DNA of 64,000 bases from a virus: the IMG/VR virus record IMGVR_UViG_3300032516_000005. One strand, written 5' to 3'. Shown here piece by piece: positions 37,529 through 47,713 of this stretch; the stretch's first letter is position 1, and each line of letters opens with the position of its first letter. A program made the position numbers and the translations under genes. The notes beneath the pieces were generated by a model. That model was not told the origin of the DNA and made no database searches. It saw only the letters and a program-made list of their open reading frames with translations.

Positions 37529-38404
37529 TTACCTGGGCGTGCTCCGTCCAGGTTGAGACGGGGTTGACGACGCAGACGGACTTGAAGGTCTGCCTTTGCC
37601 GTTCGCTGCGGGGGGCGCAGCCGCTGCCGCAGCAGCTTCCGCGACGGTGGGCAAGATGCCCAACGCCTCGGCCATCGTGCGGTACGTGCAATCGGGGACG
37701 AACAGCTCCTGGCCGTCCTCGTTGACCTGCACGTACCCGAGCGGATCAGACAAGCGACCTTCATCGCGTCCACCCGCTTGGTAGTTCTGGTACTTCTTCG
37801 TCCGGATTTCCCACTGGAGCGCAGTGTTCGGCTGCGCCTGGAAGCTGCGGTGATAGAAGACGTAGTCGCAGCCTGCCTGGAACTTCGCCGCGTTCTGACC
37901 CGAGAGCATCGGACCGCCGACAGGCGTGTCTTCGCCTGGGGGTTTCTCCAGCGCGAGCCAGACGACGTTGCTGCCGAGCAGATGAATGACCTCGCGGAGG
38001 TTCTTCAGATGCTGACCGAGCTTCTGGTAGAGCTGGCGCGCGTCAGCACGATGTCCTGCGGTTGCATCGAGCGTGTTGAAGAACAGGTCCGCGTAGAACG
38101 TGATCGAGTCGACGACGACAGTCTGAACTTCGCCGCGCTTGACGAGCGGCTCTGCGTCGTGCACAGCCTGCATCATGTCGGCGGCTTTGTCGATCGACCA
38201 TACGATCGGTGCGCGTCCCACCTCGAACAAGGCGTTGCGGTCCATGTTCCCGAGCGTTGTCCAGCCTGACTCGGTGGCGTCGGATAGGAATAGCGGCCTG
38301 GGCCACGTGCCTGCGAAGCGCGTCTTGCCCGCGCGGGACATGCCGTAAGACAGCGCGGTGACACGCTGGATTTTGCCGGGCTTGCTGACGTCGATAACCC
38401 TCAT
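37529..38404 (-). CDS. AAA_24 / Sak4-like recombination ATPase
   Basis: YGMSRAGKT, TVVVDSIT. Confidence 0.8.
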   Translation of the reverse strand: MRVIDVSKPGKIQRVTALSYGMSRAGKTRFAGTWPRPLFLSDATESGWTTLGNMDRNALFEVGRAPIVWSIDKAADMMQAVHDAEPLVKRGEVQTVVVDSITFYADLFFNTLDATAGHRADARQLYQKLGQHLKNLREVIHLLGSNVVWLALEKPPGEDTPVGGPMLSGQNAAKFQAGCDYVFYHRSFQAQPNTALQWEIRTKKYQNYQAGGRDEGRLSDPLGYVQVNEDGQELFVPDCTYRTMAEALGILPTVAEAAAAAAAPPAANGKGRPSSPSASSTPSQPGRSTPR

Positions 38405-38414
38405 GCGTTGCTCC

Positions 38415-39545
38415 TTAGCTCTCTTCGGTTGTCGTTACGTTGTCATCTGACGCCGTAGCAGCGCGAGACGTTTGCCCGATCGCAGCACCATCCGCAAGGC
38501 CCTCTTGCGATTCAGTCGCGGCCGCGATCGTCGGTTTGGTTTGCGGTGCCCACTCACGCTTGCGAATAGGCACGAGTTTCTGATTCTCGGCGCAGTGATC
38601 AAAAAAACTGCACATGCCGAACTTGGTCACGCAGTTCGCGCGAGCTTTCGGCCACACGCCGGTCGCGGCGTACATCTGCTGCAGCGCGGACCACATCTTG
38701 AGGTCCTCCATGTGCTGCTGGACGTGCCATCTCTGCGCGGGAACGATCGTCCGATGGAACTGGACGGTCTTCTGCTTGCCGACGATGTTGACGATGGTGC
38801 CGCGGAGCTTGCCGTACTTCTTGTCGAGCTTGGCACGCTTCCAGATCATGATCTGGCCGAGAATTTCACCGTCGTTCCGCCAGCCGTCGAGGACGTCTGC
38901 GGTGAACCGCGCAGCCGACTTGTGCTCGACGATGTACACGCCGGGCACGACGCCTGGAGCGGCCTCGTGAACCTCGGCGATCAAGTCGAAACGGCACGTG
39001 TTGCCGTCGGGATCCTGAGCCCACTGTTCCATCGCGATCGGCGTGAGGTAGTCATTCTCGTACTTGTTCGCGTAGGCGTCGTACAGTCGCCAGGCTTCGA
39101 GGATCGCAACAGCATCACCGCCGCCGTCCATCATCGCATCACGGGCGACCTGCGGCGTGAGCGTCAAGTTCTCGTTGAGCATCCACAGATAGTGGAGCGC
39201 GAGGTACGTGTGGAACGCGGACCCAGTTTCGAGCGCGCGTGCTGGCGCTCCACGATGACCATCGAGATAGCTGAGCTTGAACAGGTACGGGCAGCGCTGG
39301 AACGTCGCATGGCTGCTCCAGCCGCGTCCTGAGGCGCCACCCATGCGCTCCATGCCGTGAGCGTCGAAGGTCGTCAACAAGATGTCATCGAGCCGCTTGA
39401 CGGTCGAATCCATGAACATGCTGATGCGGTTGGGATCGAGCGGCGGTGGGACGATCATGTTCGGACCCTTGTTGGGGTCGAGGTCATCAGCGTCGGTCAG
39501 CTCACGCGTGCCGTTGCCGTTGGTGCCGTTGGGTGCTTTGGTCAT
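38415..39545 (-). CDS. Cas4/RecB-like PD-(D/E)xK exonuclease with Fe-S cysteines
   Basis: SS..TFQRCP, GSAFH, RFDLI, VEHKS, NC...CSFFDHC. Confidence 0.8.
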   Translation of the reverse strand: MTKAPNGTNGNGTRELTDADDLDPNKGPNMIVPPPLDPNRISMFMDSTVKRLDDILLTTFDAHGMERMGGASGRGWSSHATFQRCPYLFKLSYLDGHRGAPARALETGSAFHTYLALHYLWMLNENLTLTPQVARDAMMDGGGDAVAILEAWRLYDAYANKYENDYLTPIAMEQWAQDPDGNTCRFDLIAEVHEAAPGVVPGVYIVEHKSAARFTADVLDGWRNDGEILGQIMIWKRAKLDKKYGKLRGTIVNIVGKQKTVQFHRTIVPAQRWHVQQHMEDLKMWSALQQMYAATGVWPKARANCVTKFGMCSFFDHCAENQKLVPIRKREWAPQTKPTIAAATESQEGLADGAAIGQTSRAATASDDNVTTTEES

Positions 39546-41326
39546 TCCGACTCCATGTCGAGGGTCCACATTGTTCCGTGATAGTCGTTGTCGCCTTCAT
39601 CCTCGTCGGGATGATCGGTAAGTACGGCGTTCGCGAGTGCTGCGAAGTCATCGGCAGTTCCCAGCCCGCCACCAACACCCGTGAAGCCGCTGGCGATGAC
39701 CTCGATCGCGCTCTCAGCCGCTGGGATCCCGAGACGCAATGCGAAGTCACACTTGGTCTGCAACGCTTCGAGGATCTTCCGTTCAATCTCGTGATCGATG
39801 ATCACGTACGTTGCGGCGATCGGTTGCTTGCCGTTGAACGGCCGCATCTCGGCCTGCGCAACGATCGACGGGGTGTAGTCCAGCTCCGCGAAGATCTCCT
39901 GCCGCGCAGCGCTCAGATCGATCCCAACCTGACCGACGGACAGTGTGATGCAAAGCGGCGCTGCAGGATGCGCACGCCACCGATCGAAGATCTCACCGCG
40001 AATGTCAGGGTTGGTGCTGCCCGTGACGACGAAGCCGGGAAAGCCCTGCTTCGCAAGGGCCTCTTCGATCTTGATCGCGATGTCGCGGTGCCAGGTCCAG
40101 ACGATGACACGTTCACCGCCGTCGAGGACACGCTTGGCGACGTCGATAGCGCCGTCTAGCTTGAGCTGCGCGAGCAGGCGCCGGAAGCGCGCCATCGCGC
40201 CGATGGCGGTGCTGCGTACCGCGTGGTCACGGACGCGTTCGGCTTCCTTCTCGACCTTGAACGACTGGCGTTCGGTGATCTGAACGACCTCGACCGTGCG
40301 CTCGATGACGGGCACTTCACCGAGCACGCTCTGCCAGGTGCGGCGCAGCATGATCTCTTGCATGCGCACGCGGAATTCTTCTTCGTTCGAGGCGCCGTCA
40401 GCAACGAACCCATGTGGACCCATGCGGCCGTTCGCGTAGCGGCTCGCGTACTCGAAGTACTTGCCCCACGCGCCGGGGCTGAGGCACGACAACGTCGTGA
40501 ACAAGCCAGCGGGTTTGTTCCACAGCGGTGTGCCGGTCGCGCCGATGACGCGTTCGGCTTGCGCTGCGAGGAACATGGCGGCCTTGCTGCGCCGTGAGCT
40601 TTTGTTCGAGAGGAGATGGATCTCGTCGAAGACCAGCGTGCCGACGCGGCGGTTGCCAAAGTTCTTCCAGCCGGCAAGGATGTCGTAGTTCATGAACACG
40701 AGCTGCGCGTTCTTGAGTGCGCTCTCGTCGAAGAACTCGCCTTCGAGCAGGTCGTAGTTGCGCTCCCGCTTGCGCTTGGGCGCCTTCTTCGGGTCGACGT
40801 ACGCGACGTACTTGCCTTGCAGCACGGTCGGCCGAACGTCCGGCCACCGTCGACGAAACCACCCGAGCCAGACCTCGCGGGTCGCGAGCGGCGCGACGAC
40901 AATCAGTGGACCATCGTTCGGATCGTGCGACGAGACAATTTGGCTCGTTTTCCCTAACCGCATTTGATCCGCAAGCAAAATGCCACGGCGTGCGCGGATG
41001 AACTCACGGCCGGTATGCTGATAGTCCCGGAGTTTCCAACCGTTGGGCTCCGTCGTCGTGTCGAAGGCGTCGCGATCGCTGTTGCGATCACTTTCCAGTC
41101 CCATCCGCGATCCTTGCTGGGACAAAAAAAGCTCGACCTCGGGATGGAGCTTCGCAAGCAACGGCAGATGGGAGCGGTGCACCAGCGGTCCGAACCGCGG
41201 GTCGAGTTGCACCGACGGGGCAGGCGAAACCTCCGGCGTCCATGCCGGAGGGATCGCGTACCAATCGCGTCGTTTTGGGTGTGGCGTTAGGGCTAGCTCA
41301 GCCCGTGGCGCCGTCATCGCTCTCAT
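39542..41326 (-). CDS. SNF2-family helicase
   Basis: LRDYQ, LADQMRLGKT, DEIH, TGTP, QAEMR. Confidence 0.88.
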   Translation of the reverse strand: MRAMTAPRAELALTPHPKRRDWYAIPPAWTPEVSPAPSVQLDPRFGPLVHRSHLPLLAKLHPEVELFLSQQGSRMGLESDRNSDRDAFDTTTEPNGWKLRDYQHTGREFIRARRGILLADQMRLGKTSQIVSSHDPNDGPLIVVAPLATREVWLGWFRRRWPDVRPTVLQGKYVAYVDPKKAPKRKRERNYDLLEGEFFDESALKNAQLVFMNYDILAGWKNFGNRRVGTLVFDEIHLLSNKSSRRSKAAMFLAAQAERVIGATGTPLWNKPAGLFTTLSCLSPGAWGKYFEYASRYANGRMGPHGFVADGASNEEEFRVRMQEIMLRRTWQSVLGEVPVIERTVEVVQITERQSFKVEKEAERVRDHAVRSTAIGAMARFRRLLAQLKLDGAIDVAKRVLDGGERVIVWTWHRDIAIKIEEALAKQGFPGFVVTGSTNPDIRGEIFDRWRAHPAAPLCITLSVGQVGIDLSAARQEIFAELDYTPSIVAQAEMRPFNGKQPIAATYVIIDHEIERKILEALQTKCDFALRLGIPAAESAIEVIASGFTGVGGGLGTADDFAALANAVLTDHPDEDEGDNDYHGTMWTLDMESE

Positions 41327-41366
41327 TTTCAGCCCCTAGAAACAGAAACCGCTCAGCTCGATTCGC

Positions 41367-41395
41367 ACGCTAAGTGGGCCAACACGACCTGTCAA
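41367..41395 (-). promoter_or_regulatory. Sigma70-like promoter of the replication operon
   Basis: TTGACA-N17-TAGCGT. Confidence 0.7.
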
Positions 41396-41573
41396 GTTTG
41401 TTCACGTTCGATCACGTAACTGCGTGGAGCGATCCCGGGAGCGCTGGAAAAATTTTCCACAGAAGTTTTTCACAGTCTGTGGACAGCTTGTGAATTGCGA
41501 TCGTGACCCGCGTGATCGTCGAGTATTCCTCGACGAGAGATCCCGTTTTGGCGTGCCCGCGCCGTTCCAAATC

Positions 41574-41602
41574 TTGACGCATGAATTTCGAACGTGTATC
41601 AG
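41574..41602 (+). promoter_or_regulatory. Sigma70-like promoter of the rightward operon
   Basis: TTGACG-N17-TATCAG. Confidence 0.55.
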
Positions 41603-41614
41603 CAACAGACCCGC

Positions 41615-41821
41615 ATGAGTTCCGTGAGTCGCACCAAGCGCATCAGCGACTTGCTGACCGCTGAGCAAGCTGCAACGTTTCTGGACGTGTCCGTGGCAAC
41701 CATCTGGCGCTGGCGCAGCTCCGGGATGTTGACCGGCAAACGCGTCCTCGGCCGGACCGTATTCGAACGCGCTGAAGTGGCAGCCGCGCTCCGGAAGCGA
41801 CAGCAACTGGCGGCGGGTTAG
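41615..41821 (+). CDS. HTH_17 (excisionase/MerR-like) DNA-binding protein
   Basis: LLTAEQAATFLDVSVATIWRW. Confidence 0.8.
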   Translation: MSSVSRTKRISDLLTAEQAATFLDVSVATIWRWRSSGMLTGKRVLGRTVFERAEVAAALRKRQQLAAG

Positions 41822-41829
41822 GGTAGGGG

Positions 41830-44586
41830 ATGGCGTCCAACAACAACATCATCCCGTTCCCGGGTACCAACGCCAGCACGCCAAGCGCCGCAAACACGTC
41901 AGGTACGGCCGGTTCACCGGGAGGGGCGCCCAGCGCTAGCATCAATGCCGGCGTTCCAGGTGGCGGTAGTGGCGGTGGTGGCGGTAGTGGCGGCAGCGAT
42001 CCGCACGCCTTCACCCGCCAGCAAGTCTGGGTGATCCGCTATCACAAGAAGTACAACGACGATCAGAAGCGCCGGATCCTGCACAACTTCATCGCGACGC
42101 AGGAGAACCGCAAGACAGTCCACGGTGCGTTCCTACGGACGCCTGACAAACGCGCCTATCTACTGGAGGGTCGCGCTTGCAAGCTCTATCGCATCGACGA
42201 GCGCGATCCGGAGTTCTGCGGGTACATGTTGCAGGCTTACGGGCTCAACTCTACCGAGCAGCTCACGAAGCACCTGATCGCGTCGCTCAAGAACTTGACG
42301 ATCGCAGAAGGACTGCATCGTGAAGTGCGCCGATTCTCGTTCTGGGATCGCGGTGGGCGGAAGCTCTACATCTCGCGGTACGACGGCACCTGCTACGAGA
42401 TCGACGGCGATGAGATCACGATCCGCGCAAACGGCTACGGTCCAGCGGTGTTCCTCGACGACGACGGCGGCTACAACTGCGACGTTCCGCAAAAGACTGG
42501 CCCCGAGGTCGGCAACCACCACGAGCTGTTCAAGCGCCTGATCGACGACTTACAATACGTCCCGACGCGTGAGGGCGGCATGTCACCTGACATCCAGAAG
42601 ACCTGCCTGGGGATCTGGATGTTCGCGGTGGCATTCCCGGACCTGATGCCGACGAAGCCGCTACTGTTAGTAGAAGGTGAGATGGGATCTGGCAAATGCC
42701 TAGGTCGTGGCACGCCCGTGCTCATGTTTGACGGGACCGTCAAGCCCGTCGAAGACGTCGTCGTCGGCGAGCAGCTCATGGGCCCGGACTCGAAGCCCCG
42801 GCAAGTCAACAGCGTCACGCGTGGACGTGGCAAGCTCTTCCGCGTCACGCCCGTGAAGGGTGACTCGTGGGTGTGCAACGAGGATCACATCCTTGTGGTA
42901 GGCACCCACCACCGTGAGGGCTACCGCGTCGAGGAAATCACGGTACGTGACTACCTCGCGCATCACGACACGTATCGCGCCAAGACGAAGCAACTGCGCA
43001 CGGGCGTCGAGTTTCCGTCGCAGAAAGTTCCCGTCGAACCGTACTTGCTAGGCCTGTGGCTAGGTGACGGCACCAAGACCGGGCCACAGATCACCAACTG
43101 CGAGCCCGAGATCCATGCGTACTGTACGACTGTTGCGCCACGTTATGGCCTCACGGCGAAGATCGTCGAGACGCCGCGCAACAACAGCTACACGATTTCG
43201 TTGACAGGTAAACAGACGGGTGGTCGCACCCCCAACGTTCTGTGGCAGTACCTCGCGACCTGCGTCGTCGACGATGAGAAGCGGATCCCGGCGCTGTACC
43301 TAACGAACGATCGCCACAAGCGCCTGGAGCTGCTCGCTGGGCTGCTCGACACTGACGGTTACCTGGAGCACGGTTTTTACGAGATCACCACCAAGTACGA
43401 AGGCCTCGCAGAAGACCTGTTGTATTTGGCGCGGAGCCTCGGCTTCGCTGCGTACTGCAGCAAGAAAACCGCGACGATCAAGTCGCTTAACTTTGAGGGT
43501 TTGTACTACCGCGTGACGATCTCGGGTCACGTCAATCAGATTCCCTGCAAGGTTCCGCGACGACAAACTGCACCGCGACAGCAGATCAAGGATGTCCTGC
43601 ACACCGGGTTCACGATCGAACCCGAACCCGAACGTATGGGCAACTACTACGGGTTCACCATCGACGGTGACGGACGGTTCCTCCTCGGGGACTTCACGAT
43701 CACGCACAACACGTTCGCGTTGCAGCGCATCGCGATGACCCTGCACGGCAAGTACACACCGTTGACCGTCCCCAAGAAAGAGGACCCAGACTTCGGCGTG
43801 AAGATCCTGCGGTCGCCAATCGCGATCATCGACGACGTCAACGATCCCGTCGAGTGGCTACGCGACACGCTGTGCACGTACGTCACGGGCGGCAAGTGGT
43901 CGCGCCGCAAGCTATTCAGCGACGACACCGAGCACGTGATCAAGCCCGAGGCGTTCCTCGCGATCACGACGAACAACCCACAGACGTTCCGCCAAGGTCA
44001 GGTTGCTGACCGCTGCTTGATCCTGCGCCTCGAACGTCGTGCCCAGAAGTCGGGCTACACGCCGGCCAACCAGTTGTTCGAGCAGGCAACCTATTGGCGC
44101 CCGGAGCTGCAAGGCGAATGGCTCTACTGGCTCAACGAGATTGTCTGCGAGCTGCGTCGACCGCAGCCAATGACGACGTCGAAGTACCGTATGGCTGACT
44201 TTGCTCACCTGGCGCACCTGATCGGTCGCGTGCTGAACCAGCCTGCAGGGCCGCCCGGTGATTGGACACCCGAGGCGATCGAGGAAATGCTCGGAGCGAT
44301 GCAGGCCGAGCGCGATTCGCTGGTGACCGAGGGCGATCCCATGATCGAACTCATCGACAAGTGGCTTGAGATCACGACGAACGTTGGCCGCGAGATGCGC
44401 ATCGCAGACTTTCACCGCGAGTTGGCGGCGATTGCGAAGGCGCAGAACAACGCGATGTTCTTCAAGTCTCCGAAGGGATTGGCAGCACGGCTCCGCGAAG
44501 CTGGCGGGGCCTTGGCACATCACTTCGAGATCGAACGGCGACAAGGTCCGGGCAACACGATGCTGTACACGTTCCGACGCACGTAG
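41830..44586 (+). CDS. P-loop replicative helicase-like protein with an intein in Walker A
   Basis: GEMGSGK|intein|T, IIDDVN, RRKLFSD, ADR, RMADF. Confidence 0.8.
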   Translation: MASNNNIIPFPGTNASTPSAANTSGTAGSPGGAPSASINAGVPGGGSGGGGGSGGSDPHAFTRQQVWVIRYHKKYNDDQKRRILHNFIATQENRKTVHGAFLRTPDKRAYLLEGRACKLYRIDERDPEFCGYMLQAYGLNSTEQLTKHLIASLKNLTIAEGLHREVRRFSFWDRGGRKLYISRYDGTCYEIDGDEITIRANGYGPAVFLDDDGGYNCDVPQKTGPEVGNHHELFKRLIDDLQYVPTREGGMSPDIQKTCLGIWMFAVAFPDLMPTKPLLLVEGEMGSGKCLGRGTPVLMFDGTVKPVEDVVVGEQLMGPDSKPRQVNSVTRGRGKLFRVTPVKGDSWVCNEDHILVVGTHHREGYRVEEITVRDYLAHHDTYRAKTKQLRTGVEFPSQKVPVEPYLLGLWLGDGTKTGPQITNCEPEIHAYCTTVAPRYGLTAKIVETPRNNSYTISLTGKQTGGRTPNVLWQYLATCVVDDEKRIPALYLTNDRHKRLELLAGLLDTDGYLEHGFYEITTKYEGLAEDLLYLARSLGFAAYCSKKTATIKSLNFEGLYYRVTISGHVNQIPCKVPRRQTAPRQQIKDVLHTGFTIEPEPERMGNYYGFTIDGDGRFLLGDFTITHNTFALQRIAMTLHGKYTPLTVPKKEDPDFGVKILRSPIAIIDDVNDPVEWLRDTLCTYVTGGKWSRRKLFSDDTEHVIKPEAFLAITTNNPQTFRQGQVADRCLILRLERRAQKSGYTPANQLFEQATYWRPELQGEWLYWLNEIVCELRRPQPMTTSKYRMADFAHLAHLIGRVLNQPAGPPGDWTPEAIEEMLGAMQAERDSLVTEGDPMIELIDKWLEITTNVGREMRIADFHRELAAIAKAQNNAMFFKSPKGLAARLREAGGALAHHFEIERRQGPGNTMLYTFRRT
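42697..43710 (+). mobile_element. Intein with LAGLIDADG endonuclease (338 aa)
   Basis: K|CLGRGTPV, CNEDHIL, LGLWLGDG, LAGLLDTDG, YYGFTID...THN|T. Confidence 0.95.
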
Positions 44587-44614
44587 ATTTTTCTTTCTCT
44601 AGGGGAGCGACAAC

Positions 44615-44875
44615 ATGAGCAATCTAGTGACGTGCCAACCGGGCTGGTTGGCGGTGTTCGAATCAATCGACTACGCCGAAGGCTTCTTCACAGAGCCTGT
44701 CGCGTGCTGGTTGTGGGTACCCGGCGACAATGTCCATCCGATCTGCGCCCTTGGCGGCGATGTCTGTGATGCGACGGTCGTCGAGAACTACATCGGCGTC
44801 GTCGGCCCTGGCGGTGACGTCAAGCAGCTCTTCGAGGCGCAGGCGGAACGTGCTGCGCAGGTCGCAAAGCCATGA
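44615..44875 (+). CDS. Hypothetical protein
   Basis: CTAGGGGAG RBS; PVACW. Confidence 0.65.
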   Translation: MSNLVTCQPGWLAVFESIDYAEGFFTEPVACWLWVPGDNVHPICALGGDVCDATVVENYIGVVGPGGDVKQLFEAQAERAAQVAKP

Positions 44876-44975
44876 CCCGGATGCCGTGGCTACGTGACGT
44901 CGCGCTCTGGATCGTGACGGCGTTGATCCCTGCGCTTGAACAGGAAGCTGCCAAGCGCGCAAGGCAGGCGCAGTA

Positions 44976-45308
44976 GTGGCGATCATCGACACCACCGTCG
45001 TCAACATGCGGACCAACCCGTACGACGTCGCGATCGATCGGTCGGGACCGTTCGGGAACCCGTACCACCGTGATCAGACCAACGATCGCAGTGCCGTGCT
45101 GGCGCTGTACCGGATCTACTTCTACAAGCGCGTCGAGCAGGATGCAGAGTTCAAGCGCCGTGTGCTGGACCTGCGGGGCAAGCGCTTGGGCTGTTGGTGT
45201 ACTGGTCCGTGTCACGGAATGATCATCGTCGAGTACATCGAGAACTACTACGCGGCGCGCGACGCCGTGAAGCCGATGAACTTTTCAACGACACGGAGCT
45301 TCAAGTGA
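44976..45308 (+). CDS. DUF4326 protein
   Basis: IDRSGPFGNPY...LRGKRLGCWC..PCHG. Confidence 0.85.
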   Translation: MAIIDTTVVNMRTNPYDVAIDRSGPFGNPYHRDQTNDRSAVLALYRIYFYKRVEQDAEFKRRVLDLRGKRLGCWCTGPCHGMIIVEYIENYYAARDAVKPMNFSTTRSFK

Positions 45309-45850
45309 TGACACCCACAACCGCAATTGCATCCACGGCCGAGCTGCTTACCCTACGACGCGCTATCGAACGCGTGCTCGATCCCCACAGTGAATGGGAA
45401 GCGTCGGGCCGTCTGATTTACTGTACGCCGATTCACGGTGCCTACGGTCACACCGCCTTTTGGGCGATCGTCCTCGAAGGTTCACCGCCGAAGGTGACGG
45501 TACTCGTGCATTCCGGTTGGAATGATCAAGTGCCGCATGCGGATTACGGATACGGCCCGATGCCAATCCTCATCGACTGTCACGGCAAGAGCAAAAAGCT
45601 GACGGCGCGACGCGTCCAACCCTTGAACGATCTGTTGACAGCCCTCAACGCGCGGATGTCGCCCGATTCGATGGACCGCTCCTATCTCGGGCGCACCACA
45701 CTGCTCGAAGAACCTCGCGCGTTCATTTTCGAACTCGACGGCGCCGGCCGCGTTCGTGAACATGACGCGCTTGAAGACCACGAGCCGCGCGCGCGGGACC
45801 GCCAAGGCGCCGTCTCCCGCTGGAGCAAGTACGTCGAGGAACGCTCGTGA
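45308..45850 (+). CDS. Hypothetical protein
   Basis: GGAG RBS, TGATG overlap. Confidence 0.55.
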   Translation: MTPTTAIASTAELLTLRRAIERVLDPHSEWEASGRLIYCTPIHGAYGHTAFWAIVLEGSPPKVTVLVHSGWNDQVPHADYGYGPMPILIDCHGKSKKLTARRVQPLNDLLTALNARMSPDSMDRSYLGRTTLLEEPRAFIFELDGAGRVREHDALEDHEPRARDRQGAVSRWSKYVEERS

Positions 45851-46263
45851 AGAAGTGGACCGACCTGGATGCGCTCGACATGGCCGCTCCCATCGTCCCG
45901 ATCGTCGCGTCCCCGCCGGTCCCACACGCGATGCACCTCATTATGCCGAACCAGATCCACGGGGCTCGCGATCGTCCGCTCGATCGACAAGCGTGGCCCG
46001 TGTGCCGCGTCGATGCGCCTGCCAACGGAACCACGCGCGATCCGTCGGCCGTGACCTGTCCGGACTGCAAGCGCGGCGGGCTCGTCGCGTGGGTTAACCA
46101 CAAGATCCCGAGCGTCACGGCCGAGCTACCCCAGGGGCTCAGGCTGGCGCAACATGACGGATGGCACGGTCGGGTGGCGGATGCGCTCTATGCCGCGTTC
46201 TGCCAGCAGTGGGTCGCGATCGCGTGGGCGATGCTCGTCGGGCGCGAGGGCCCCGTCACGTGA
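45847..46263 (+). CDS. Hypothetical protein with Zn finger
   Basis: H...C...VTCPDC. Confidence 0.55.
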   Translation: MKKWTDLDALDMAAPIVPIVASPPVPHAMHLIMPNQIHGARDRPLDRQAWPVCRVDAPANGTTRDPSAVTCPDCKRGGLVAWVNHKIPSVTAELPQGLRLAQHDGWHGRVADALYAAFCQQWVAIAWAMLVGREGPVT

Positions 46264-46403
46264 CCGCTGCGCGAAAGTGGGAGACCAAGGTCGAGGAGCC
46301 GGCGATGTCACGATCGCTGAGATCACGCCGTCCTCGAACTGAGGTCCGTATGAACGTGACACCCCGGACGCATCATCTTCGAACAACTCCAAAAGGGGAC
46401 GCC

Positions 46404-46571
46404 GTGAAGCTCCGCATCGTCGATGACCTGAACCCCGAAGACCTGGCCATGCTGCAGGCGCTGTACTCGCGTAGCGCTGAGAGCGTCGATGTTCACTTGG
46501 AGAAAGTGAAGAGCACAGGTTCAGGCAAGTTCATGGAGAAGTACTACGTCGGGTCACCGTGCAAAAATTAG
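46404..46571 (+). pseudogene. thyX: N-terminal fragment of a ThyX-like flavin-dependent thymidylate synthase
   Basis: PEDLAMLQALYSRS..SV..HL..V...GSGKFM..YYVG, then breaks just before the expected YGHxSI motif. Confidence 0.6.
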
Positions 46572-46600
46572 CGCTGCACTTCAGCAGCGCAGGAAAATTG

Positions 46601-47710
46601 ATGAGTAGCAATTCACTCGCAGACGCAGCTGTTACATACGCCCGTCGGGGATGGCGTGTAATTCCGTTGCATCACGTCCGCGAGTACGGGGAAACGCCCA
46701 TCTGCGGCTGTTGGAAGCGTGAAGGCTGCCATACACCGGGCAAACACCCGATGATTAACAACTGGCGCGAGACTGCATCAACAGACATCGAGTTGGTCGC
46801 GACGTGGTGGCGCGTGTGGCCGCGTGCAAACGTAGGACTACTCATGGGTGGCATAGCAGGGTTGGTCTGTCTCGACATCGACGGTGAAGTCGGCCGCGAG
46901 AGCCTCGCAACGTTCGAACAGCTGTACGGGGCGTTGCCGCTAACACTCAGCCAAACGACCGGACGCGCTGAAGGTGGCGAGCACCGGATCTTTCAAGTCG
47001 ATCCACTTCACGTGGACCGGATTCGGAACCGTGTCCGTGCCGCACCTGGATTAGACTTCAGATCGGAAGGTGGGCTTATTGTTGTCGATCCTTCTACACA
47101 TCCGTCGGGCGCGACATACCGTTGGGTGGACACGACCGTGCCCGTTGCTGAAATGCCTACGGCACTGTTCAAGCTCGCGACGTCAGCACGTGCACGTCAG
47201 AAAGTAGCGGCGAGCGCAGAGCGTCCCGAAGAAGCCGTGCTGGAGCGTGACGGTCATCCACTCACGAAGCGCATACGTCTCGCGAAGGTGGCGCTCCTCA
47301 AGGAAGCCGACCCAGCGATTCAGGGTCGAAACGGCTCGACATCGTGCCTACGTGCCACGTGTCTGCTGATCCGTGGTTACTGCCTGACACCTGACGCAGC
47401 GTTCGAGTTGCTGTGGCACGTCTACAACCCGATGTGCATCCCGTCGTGGTCTGAGAACGAGCTGATGCACAAGATCGAGTCGGCTGAGTACAACGTCTCC
47501 GACGCGTCATACCCCTGGCGTTACAAGATCCCGGCGCCGGACATGTCGCCGGCAGGACGCATGGTCGAGGCGCTCTACCAGCAGTGCTATCGCGAGCTGC
47601 AAGATCCTACAGAGGCGCTGTGGAAAGCGCAGACGGTGTCGCCCACGGATTGGGCTGACGCGACTGAAGTGAAACCGAAACGTGGGCGCACGCCCAAAAA
47701 GTGTGGATAA
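46601..47710 (+). CDS. Bifunctional primase/polymerase (Prim-Pol) with C-terminal helical domain
   Basis: YARRGWRVIPLH, CGC...GKHP, NVGL, LDIDG, G.H, PS.H.SG..YRW, G.RN. Confidence 0.88.
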   Translation: MSSNSLADAAVTYARRGWRVIPLHHVREYGETPICGCWKREGCHTPGKHPMINNWRETASTDIELVATWWRVWPRANVGLLMGGIAGLVCLDIDGEVGRESLATFEQLYGALPLTLSQTTGRAEGGEHRIFQVDPLHVDRIRNRVRAAPGLDFRSEGGLIVVDPSTHPSGATYRWVDTTVPVAEMPTALFKLATSARARQKVAASAERPEEAVLERDGHPLTKRIRLAKVALLKEADPAIQGRNGSTSCLRATCLLIRGYCLTPDAAFELLWHVYNPMCIPSWSENELMHKIESAEYNVSDASYPWRYKIPAPDMSPAGRMVEALYQQCYRELQDPTEALWKAQTVSPTDWADATEVKPKRGRTPKKCG

Positions 47711-47713
47711 CAA

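Noticed and set aside
38415-39545. Cas4-like nuclease as evidence of a CRISPR-Cas system
   Set aside because: No repeat-spacer array or other cas genes; the context is a phage recombination module (exonuclease, AAA_24, SSB)
41960-41997. GGTGGCGGTAGT-type repeats
   Set aside because: Simply encode a Gly/Ser linker
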